From NCBI GenBank assembly GCA_048939245.1, contig JBHLPR010000033.1:1-23650 (forward strand): a stretch of 23,650 bases of DNA. Reading direction: 5' to 3'. The notes under the pieces are model-generated. The model worked only from the letters and a program-made list of their open reading frames with translations, was not told the DNA's origin and searched no databases. Numbering within the stretch: position 1 is the first letter of the stretch; every line of letters begins with the position of its first letter. The DNA comes from Promethearchaeota archaeon. GTDB lineage: Archaea > Asgardarchaeota > Hermodarchaeia > Hermodarchaeales > Hermodarchaeaceae. Below are positions 9,291-17,300 of the stretch, piece by piece. Made by a program: the position numbers and the translations under genes.

Positions 9291-12200
9291 TTAGTCATGC
9301 TTTCGTTCGGTTTCCTCAAGCGCGCGAATGACTTCTTCTTGTTCTTCTTTAGAGAGCCCACGAAGTTGTTCGACAACCGCGTCTTTTTCTTGGGGTCCGA
9401 GGGCTTCAAGCGATTGGAGCCTGGCATGGATACCAGGATCGACCCCTTCAGGAACAGGTTCGGGTTCGGCGGGGAGACGTCCGAAGCGGGTGCCGTCGGC
9501 CATTTGGGATTTGAGGTCTTCGAGGAACCAGATTCGATCCTTGGCGGGGATGCGCTTCATCTCTTCGAAGAGTTCGAGTTTTTGGTCGTGGCCCAGACCT
9601 TCGAGTTTTTCGAGTTCGTTCCAGATGATTTCGTCTTCGGCTTCCCGTTCTTCAACGGTGATAGCCACAGGGAGAACGGTAGCGCCAATGGGGATGCCGA
9701 TAGCTCCATACGCGGGTTCGATAATAGTTTCCATGGATTCCGGTCGAGAGGCAATGCGATTGACATCGCGGTTGGACAGATGTGGTGTCTTGCCTTTGCC
9801 GAGGGTGTCAGACATTTTGCGCATCTTTCGGACCAGCCAAGGAATAGCGAAGACTCGGGTATAGGCGAGCCAGGCAATGAGGATAATGATGCCGATTATG
9901 GCAGCGATTAAGCCATAGCGGAGAGTGGCCTGGACGATAGGGTGAAGGGCGACAGAAACATTAGTTTGGTGGGTAGCAATAGAATAGATTAAACCGGTTT
10001 CCGCTCGAAATTCCATAATATAGGTTAATTCCGCAGGAAAGACAACAGAGGGTAAGGTATAGGTGCCATCACCATTATCAGTGAGTATTAGTCCTTCATC
10101 GTCCGTTATACCAGGGATAAATACAGTTACTGTGGAACCAGGAATTGAGACATTATGATCTAGGTCCCATAAGGTGAGCGTTAGGGTCATCACCGTTCCA
10201 GTATACCAGTTAGTATTGATAGGAAGTCCTCGAATTTCGGTTCGCACTAAGGTAACAGTAACTGGGAGTTGGAGGATTTGTGCTGTTTCATAGTTTTGTC
10301 TGGTAAGCGTGATGTCGAGATAATAGTTAGCTGGCGATATTTCCGTCATATTCAGCAACGCTACATAGAGGCCGTCTTCGAAGGTTAGTGTGCCACTTCC
10401 ATAAAACCAGGTAAAGGCGCCGATTGCATCTGCGATGGTATTATTTGCGTAATCGGTGAAATTGAAATGAAGATACAAGACGTCGCTGCGTGGCACGGTC
10501 CAAGGCTGGGAAATGTTCAACCAGGTTTCCATACCTGTTGAGGGGTTAATCATCAATGCGCTTATTAGTTCGAGTTGTGTGGGTCGTTGTTCAATGTAAA
10601 TGGTGGCAGAGTTTACCACGAATTGAAAACTGGGTTCATTGGCTGCAAAGGTTGCGGTGTAAACTGAACCTGCAGAAAAGGCAGTGCTTGGTAAGGTGAT
10701 TGTGTACCATCCTGCAGTTCCATTGGCTAGTAGATTTCCTGAATACGGGCCCCAGAAGTATTCGACGGTTGCTCCGGTGATTGGAGTATCGTTAAACAAG
10801 TTGCGGAAATAGATATTGATGGTGAAGTTAAGACCCCAATACACTACGTATGTGGTGGTTTCTGGTTCAAGAGCTGCAGGGATTAGGGTTAGAATCAAAC
10901 TAATGGCTCGAGATTGGGAGTCAACGTTTGGCGAAGATGCAGTTATGTAAAGGGTATACGATCCTGCAATTAGACCCATTGTATCGATTGTACCGTTATA
11001 GATGCCTGGAGCCACTTCAACGTAGGTGCCGTAGAGTGAACCTACATAATAGGTGACGTTGGCAAGTTGTACGGGGTCACCAAAAATGGTGGTATAGTTG
11101 ACCGGAATTGCAAAAGATTCGCCCACAATATAGGAGAGGCTATATTGTCCACTTGGGACTGTGTCGAGGATACTGCCGATTTGTTTGATATGGATCAGGA
11201 TTCGATGGACTGATGGGATGACATTAGGTCCCTCGACGTAAGCTGTGAGATAATGTATTCCGATGTTTCCTTTAGAGGAATTGAATACAAGCCCATAGAG
11301 TCCATTAATGCCTGAGGCGTTAAAGTCAGTTCCTCCGGTCCATGAAAACGTGACATTCGCGTCATTGAAATTTTCATAGAGGAAGTTTTGGACATGAATT
11401 TCGACCCAGAAATCTTCTCCATAGGTGACGTTAACTGGTTCGCTTACCGTCGTTGTGATAATAAGAGTCATTGGTGTGACAAAGATGGGTATGCGGATTT
11501 GTTGACGTTGATAACGCTCCCGGTAGAGGGTTACATTCATCATGTAATTTCCTATGGAGCCTGGACCAGTACTGTTCAGCTCGATGTAGTACCAGCCATC
11601 AGTTCCTTCACTTATCGTATAGAATCCTGTGGTCCAGTTGCAGACCACTGTGGCCCCGATTACGCCGCCTCCAATTTTCTGCGTGTAGTGAATGGCGACG
11701 GTGGTATTTCCTCGCCAGGGCACTTCAACCCCGCCTACTTGGGGTGACTCAACATCGGTTTCGGAAACGATGTCGATGAGAATGAAACAGTGTGCATCGT
11801 CATAGAATCCTTTGCTCGCATTGACACGGATCCAAAACTGTCCGACAGTTCCAGGATCTTGGGCGTTGATTTCTGCTTCGTAGTAGCCAGTTCCTGAGAC
11901 GTAGTGAAAATTGATGGTTCCTGTGGTCCAGTTGCCTTCAACGGTGGCAGGAGGCTCGAGCCAGGAATTGCTATCAGAGTCCTCATATCGGACTTTGGGG
12001 AATAGGGGTTGATTTTCTAAGAAGGCTTCAATGAGTGGTTCGCGGGGGGTGAGAGAAGTCGAATGCTCCATAGTATAAGAGAGGAGGAATTCCCCGGCTT
12101 CCGTTGAATTATCCCAAATGACTGAAATCTGATAGGTGCCACCGGTAGTATTCCAGCCATCATTGAAAAAGCTTGTAGAGTAGACCCAGCCTGTGGCTAT

Positions 12201-13847
12201 CGGATTGACTAATTCAGTGAAGTAGATGCCTCCACCTGGGTGATAGATTGTAATATTGGCTTGGGTTGATGTTATTCCCTGAGGTGGATTATTTAAGCTA
12301 TCTAAGATTCGGGCAAGAACCCGTGTTGTATTCCCTGCGCGTATCGCGGAGGTTGGAGTCCACCCTCCATCAAAGATTTGTAACTGTGCTGAATCGACGT
12401 AGTTATGCGATTCGGCTTCAATATACCAATACCCATCAGGACTATTCGTGATATTAGTTGCGGGAATGCTGAGATAGCCATCACCCAATCCTCCTCCGTC
12501 GCATAAGTGGACTGTGTTTATTGTTGGGAGTTGAGGTTCGGATACATATGTGACATTCCAATCGGTTGGAATTGTGAAGTTAAAGTGATCATTCCAGTAG
12601 AGAGTCGGCATGGCGAGTTGATAATACATCTTCCAGACAGTGTTTTGCCCGCCTGATGCGATAAATTGGGTACCGGAAGTGAAGGGATCTTGCGCATAAA
12701 GTGTTGTGCTAAATTTTTGTGAATAGAGATTGGTGTCAACCGTTAGGGTTACATCAATGTCCATGTCTGGATTTGGTGGAAAGGGCGTCGGGGTCCAATT
12801 TAGCTGCGCGATCACAGGTGAGGTTGTCCAAGGGTTGGATAGTTGATCCTCGGTTACATGTCCTACACCAAAGGTGTCGTCGACAACATTTAATCCATTC
12901 ATTTGAAGATTAATGTCAGAAGGACGAACAAGGACTTTGATGTAAACAATTACATTATCAAAACGTGCACGCGGTTGAGGATCCGGCGAAAAGCGAGTAC
13001 TGCTATCGCCTGTATAGCGAAGACCGACTTGAACATTAAGACCATCGCTGAGATTGATAATACCAGGAGAGAAGGGGTGAAGGCCAGTATTGGTCCATGT
13101 AGCCTCAGCAACCTGAACATTATCAAATCCGATGGAGTAAACATAACTGCCATCTACCCTTGCATACACTTGGAATGGCAGACCAAGCCCCCATACCGAA
13201 TCTGTTTGTACCCAATAATCAAAGCTTATTGATGCAGAAAGGACCTGCCCTCTTGGTGGAATGGCGATTGTTTGATTCCAGCGAGCATAGTCTTGTGGAT
13301 CATAAGAATACCAACCGCCCCCCCGATCATTACCATCAATAAAGCATTCGACAGCAGGATTTCCTGTTCCGTGACCAGTAGCGCGATAATAATTTGTAAT
13401 AGTATTGGTCCAGGAGCCGGCATCATATGTGAGATTCGTCCAATATTGGGCTGTATTGTCAAAGGTTGGATTTAGAATCCAGCTACGATTTTCTGCAATT
13501 TGGTAAACGTAGGTGTAAAGCGTGTATCCTTCCCATCCGGGAGGAAGAACAGCCTGGACGGTATCGTTGTAGCGAATACTCGATGAACTATCATAAATGA
13601 GATGAAGATTCTGCCCCGCATCTGTCCGGTTAGCATATTCGGCTACATTTCGAGTAGTGCCAATACCAGAATAATCAGGATTTGGAGTATCTGGTTCTCC
13701 ATTTGGGAGCCAGGGTGAAGCAGCAGAAGAAGCAGCGTTCCCATTTGGAGAGAGAGAGGGATCTAATCCCTGTGTTGGTAGGGGTTGAAGAATAAGAGGA
13801 ATTAGAAAGAGAAAAATCACGAAAATGGCAACTGGTCGAATTTTCAT
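9291..13847 (-). CDS. Gene C: ~1518-aa single-pass surface glycoprotein (~7 Ig-like stalk repeats, 2 cytoplasmic helical repeats)
   Basis: The ORF track starts at 13862. ATG 13847 (MKIRPVAIFVIFLFLIPLILQP) is preferred because GGAG lies at 13857-13860 and promoter spacing then matches the paralogs. TM YGLIAAIIGIIILIAWLAY ~9861-9917. Confidence 0.93.
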   Translation of the reverse strand: MKIRPVAIFVIFLFLIPLILQPLPTQGLDPSLSPNGNAASSAASPWLPNGEPDTPNPDYSGIGTTRNVAEYANRTDAGQNLHLIYDSSSSIRYNDTVQAVLPPGWEGYTLYTYVYQIAENRSWILNPTFDNTAQYWTNLTYDAGSWTNTITNYYRATGHGTGNPAVECFIDGNDRGGGWYSYDPQDYARWNQTIAIPPRGQVLSASISFDYWVQTDSVWGLGLPFQVYARVDGSYVYSIGFDNVQVAEATWTNTGLHPFSPGIINLSDGLNVQVGLRYTGDSSTRFSPDPQPRARFDNVIVYIKVLVRPSDINLQMNGLNVVDDTFGVGHVTEDQLSNPWTTSPVIAQLNWTPTPFPPNPDMDIDVTLTVDTNLYSQKFSTTLYAQDPFTSGTQFIASGGQNTVWKMYYQLAMPTLYWNDHFNFTIPTDWNVTYVSEPQLPTINTVHLCDGGGLGDGYLSIPATNITNSPDGYWYIEAESHNYVDSAQLQIFDGGWTPTSAIRAGNTTRVLARILDSLNNPPQGITSTQANITIYHPGGGIYFTELVNPIATGWVYSTSFFNDGWNTTGGTYQISVIWDNSTEAGEFLLSYTMEHSTSLTPREPLIEAFLENQPLFPKVRYEDSDSNSWLEPPATVEGNWTTGTINFHYVSGTGYYEAEINAQDPGTVGQFWIRVNASKGFYDDAHCFILIDIVSETDVESPQVGGVEVPWRGNTTVAIHYTQKIGGGVIGATVVCNWTTGFYTISEGTDGWYYIELNSTGPGSIGNYMMNVTLYRERYQRQQIRIPIFVTPMTLIITTTVSEPVNVTYGEDFWVEIHVQNFLYENFNDANVTFSWTGGTDFNASGINGLYGLVFNSSKGNIGIHYLTAYVEGPNVIPSVHRILIHIKQIGSILDTVPSGQYSLSYIVGESFAIPVNYTTIFGDPVQLANVTYYVGSLYGTYVEVAPGIYNGTIDTMGLIAGSYTLYITASSPNVDSQSRAISLILTLIPAALEPETTTYVVYWGLNFTINIYFRNLFNDTPITGATVEYFWGPYSGNLLANGTAGWYTITLPSTAFSAGSVYTATFAANEPSFQFVVNSATIYIEQRPTQLELISALMINPSTGMETWLNISQPWTVPRSDVLYLHFNFTDYANNTIADAIGAFTWFYGSGTLTFEDGLYVALLNMTEISPANYYLDITLTRQNYETAQILQLPVTVTLVRTEIRGLPINTNWYTGTVMTLTLTLWDLDHNVSIPGSTVTVFIPGITDDEGLILTDNGDGTYTLPSVVFPAELTYIMEFRAETGLIYSIATHQTNVSVALHPIVQATLRYGLIAAIIGIIILIAWLAYTRVFAIPWLVRKMRKMSDTLGKGKTPHLSNRDVNRIASRPESMETIIEPAYGAIGIPIGATVLPVAITVEEREAEDEIIWNELEKLEGLGHDQKLELFEEMKRIPAKDRIWFLEDLKSQMADGTRFGRLPAEPEPVPEGVDPGIHARLQSLEALGPQEKDAVVEQLRGLSKEEQEEVIRALEETERKHD
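9481..9650. repeat. Near-identical direct repeat, copy 1 (cytoplasmic-domain core of gene C)
   Basis: 7 mismatches in 170 nt versus 14501-14670, including a 62-nt exact run at 9583-9644. Confidence 0.9.
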
Positions 13848-13927
13848 TGAATAACGCTCCATACAAGTTCAATGCATGCAAAGAAGACTACGCTGGTGTA
13901 GCCAGATAGTTAGACACATAATAGGAA

Positions 13928-13951
13928 TTTAAATAGATTTCCTGAAATCTA
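13928..13951 (-). promoter_or_regulatory. Promoter of gene C: perfect dyad TAGATTTC-CT-GAAATCTA plus TATA box TTTAAA
   Basis: 8-bp inverted arms at 13934-13941 and 13944-13951; TTTAAA at 13928-13933. Centre 95 nt from ATG 13847. Confidence 0.78.
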
Positions 13952-14051
13952 CGGTTAAAGAAAGCATCTAAAGAAAAACAATCAAGGGCTTTTTCCCCAG
14001 TGTTTAATCGTGTTGCGTTAGTTAATCCATTCGGTTTCCTCGTGATAGGAA

Positions 14052-14298
14052 TTAGTCCTTGTCTCCTTCCTTTACCGTATATTGATAATTATGAGGCTCT
14101 AAGACCTCTTCGCTTTTTTAGGGAGAAGATTTTTTATCTATTTAAAAAGGTCTTTTTTATTTGCTATGTGTAGTTTTTGTATCGAGAAGGACTTGGAGCT
14201 GTTCTTCAGGCACTTTGATCTAATAGTTTCTCGAGAGAACAAATTGCCGCGCGAGCAAAGCGGATGCCATCCATCATCTATCATTTCAAGTAGTTGAG
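14052..14298 (-). pseudogene. E': degraded copy of the last ~85 codons of a gene-E-like paralog
   Basis: With frameshifts it reads LNYLK**MMDGIRFARAAICSLEKLLDQSA/EEQLQVLLD.../KKDLFK*IKNLLPKK/EEV.../QYTVKEGDKD*. Gene E reads LEDLKHQMADGTRFQRAQITPPEGLLDKTAEEQIIQARLD...KKTLFKQITSLPPKEREEVF...QYDIENEEDTS* (21413-21670). Confidence 0.85.
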
Positions 14299-14310
14299 AT
14301 TAAGCGGATT

Positions 14311-17300
14311 TTATTCGGTTTGCCGCGTGGTCTCTTCAAGTGCTTTGATGACTTCCTCTTGTTCCTCCTTTGAGAGCCCGCGAAGTTGTTCCACAACCGC
14401 TTCTTTCTCTTCAGACCCTAAGGCCGCAAGTGATTGAAGTCGAGCATGGACTGTGGGATCGACACCTTCGGGGACCGGTGTAGGTTCAGCTGGAAGGCGC
14501 CCGAAGCGGGTGCCGTCGGCCATTTGGGATTTGAGATCTTCGAGGAACCAAATCCGGTCCTTGGCGGGGATCCGCTTCATCTCTTCGAAGAGTTCGAGTT
14601 TCTGGTCGTGGCCCAGACCTTCGAGTTTTTCGAGTTCGTTCCAGATGATTTCGTCTTCGGCTTCTCGTTCTTCGATGGTAATGGCGGCTGGTAGAACAGT
14701 GGCGCCAACAGCGATTCCGATGGCACTATAGGAAGGCTCGATAAGGGTTTCCATAGATTCGGGTCGAGTGGAGATGCGGTTTATATCTCGGTTGGAGAGG
14801 TGAGGGGTTTTTCCTTTACCGAGGGTGGTTGACATCTTGTGCATCTTCCGGACTAGCCAGGGTATAGCGAAGACCCGGGTATAAGCAAGCCAGGCGATGA
14901 GTATGATTATGCCGATTATCGCTGCTAGCAAACCGATTCGGAGTGCTTGTTGGACGATGGGATGCAAAGTGACTTGGATATTGATTTGGTGTGTGGCAAC
15001 TGAATATTTTATTCCCGTTTCAGCGGTGAATTGGGCGACCATAGTCGTTTCGCGTGGGAACGCAATTCCTGATAAGGCGTAGGTGCCATTTCCAAGATTG
15101 AGGAGCTCAATACCTGATTCTGATGTGATATCTGGGATGTAGGCGGTAATAACAGCATCAGAGATTGTGATGTTATGATCCAAGTCCCATAACGTACAAA
15201 CGAAGGAGTAGGCACTTCCCGTATTGACCTGAAGATTGGTTGGTAAACCCCGAAGTTCGGTGCGTACTAAGGTGACTGTAACGGGTAGTTGAGTAATTTG
15301 AGCGGTTTCGTAGTTTTGACGGGTAAGAGTGACGTCAATGAAGTATAGACCGGGTGATGTCTCGTTCATGTTAATCTGCGCGTAATACAAACCAGCATTG
15401 TATGTGAGGACTCCGCTTGCATAAAGCCAATTAAAGGAACCAGTGGCATCTGGGATTGGGTTTCCATTGCTATCAGTGAAATTGAAGTAAAGGAATAGTA
15501 TGTCACTGCGGGGAACGGTCCAGCCTGTGAGATTCAACGTGGTATACATGTTAAGGGGTTCATAATACATTCCAGCCGCACTTAATTCTAATGTTGTCGT
15601 CTGCGGAATTATATTCACTGTTATAACACAGATGGCAAATTCATATGTAGGTACATCAGATGCACAGGTTACCTCATATATGGCTCCCGCGGCGAAAATG
15701 GTAGTAGGAAGGGTGATAGTATACCAGCCAGGGGTACCAGTTTCTTGCATTGAACCGATCATGGTTCCCCAGAAGAAGGTAATATTAGCACCAGTGATAG
15801 GGCTGTTGTGGAAGGTATCGTTGAAGTAGACATCAATGGTGAAGTTTGTGCCCCAATACTCATTGATGAGTGAATCTGTGGGTGATAAGTCGGTAGGAAT
15901 GACCTCTAAGAATACATTCACTACATCGAATCGTTCAACGGCGTTAGGTGTACTGGCAGTAACATAAAGACTAAACTGACCTAATCCCAAGCCTAGACTG
16001 TCAATAGTCGCGTTGTAGATACCCTGTCCAATATGGATAAGTGAGCCATTGCCACCTGCCCAAGTATAGAGGAGGGTAGCGCTAATTATTGGGCTGCCAT
16101 CAACAGTGCTGAAATTCGCTGAAACTTCAAAACTTGAGCCTACAATTGTAACAATAGTAGGAGTGAGTAGGGTTAAAATTGTGTCAGTAGGAAGAATGTA
16201 TAGAGTAACCGAACCGATACCAGTCTGACAATTTGTTTTAACGGCTTCAATTGAAACTAACCATGTTCCTACGTCCTGATTCGCCGTAAATGAGGCATTA
16301 TAGATGCCGTTACCCAGGAAGGTCATTGGTGCATCAGGAAATCCTCCCCAATGATAGGTGACTGTTGAATCGTTGATACGTCGTCCATAGATATCGAGGA
16401 TTCGAACCGTGACAACGACATCTCCTGCAAACTCGGTTGTCCAAGGAGATGTGGAAAGTATGGAAACATAGAGTGGTAGTGGATTAATGGTAAATTGAAC
16501 TATCGTTGATCGCGTTTCATAGAAGTTACTAGCGAATTCGAGAGTGAAGTTGGCTAATCCAACAACTTCGTTTTCGGTTGGTACTTGAATTTGATAGGTG
16601 CCGTTTGGAAAGACTTGTAGAACTGACCAACCGGTCCAGCTAATCCAGGTGGTTACTGTTGTATTAGTGGGATCTGAGAGCACTAAACTGTGATCGACAT
16701 CCATGTAGGTGGCATAGAGGATGAGCGTGTCACCCCAATAGAGTTGCCCAAAGATCTCCCAAGTGAGGGTTGTGTGGATTGCACGTACATAACCACTCAT
16801 TAGAACTGAATGAGATTGATAGTAGGGAGCAATGTTGGATGGCCAGGTGACATTTACTAGAAAAGTGAACTGGCCCAATTCAGGAAAGTTGTTTGTATCG
16901 ATGAGTAACAAGTAGCCGTTAAAGCCATTGTTAATCATTTGCACATTATACACGAGGGTGATTGCGGGATGGCTTGTGCAGATGGCATTGATTTGAACGT
17001 AACCAGTGGTATTATCGATGGCAGTGTATGGGGCTTCGGTCATATTGTATTGAATAATAAAGATTAGGTCATCGCCAAAGGGTTGAGGTTCAGGGGGTGT
17101 ATAAAGTACCGTAGTTTTTGTACCAACGACATAGACACGGACATTTGCAGAGGCATTCCCATAGAATGGTATGAACCCAGCGTCCCACGTGGCATTAATC
17201 ACGAATTCGTGAAAGACGTTGACCGTTCCAAAAGCACTGGTATCAATCGAGACTCGGTAGGTATCATCAACTAAAGCTGTAACATAATAGAATATCGGAT

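Noticed and set aside
9113-9427. 104-aa minus-strand ORF bridging C and B, a possible frameshift fusion
   Set aside because: It is in a third frame, would need two shifts, and crosses a terminator and a promoter.
9785-9815. GKGKT as a Walker A P-loop
   Set aside because: It lacks the G/A five residues before GK, E has GKMP, and there is no preceding beta strand or Walker B.
9270-9911. Long plus-strand ORFs (213 aa and 178 aa) and similar ones at 3044, 14434, 14453 and 21420
   Set aside because: They are antisense shadows of the Glu/Lys/Leu-rich conserved tail; their recurrence follows from sense-strand conservation.
13938-13947. TTCnnGAA resembles the eukaryotic heat-shock element
   Set aside because: Only two units are present, the short motif arises easily in any dyad, and there is no evidence of an HSF-like factor.
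14205-14285. Possible C/D-box sRNA, or a 48-aa small ORF (MIDDGWHP...)
   Set aside because: The boxes are imperfect with no internal D'/C', and the region is better explained as the E' pseudogene.
9481-14670. Possible DGR template/variable repeat pair
   Set aside because: Mismatches are synonymous and not adenine-specific, both copies are coding, and no reverse transcriptase is in the window.
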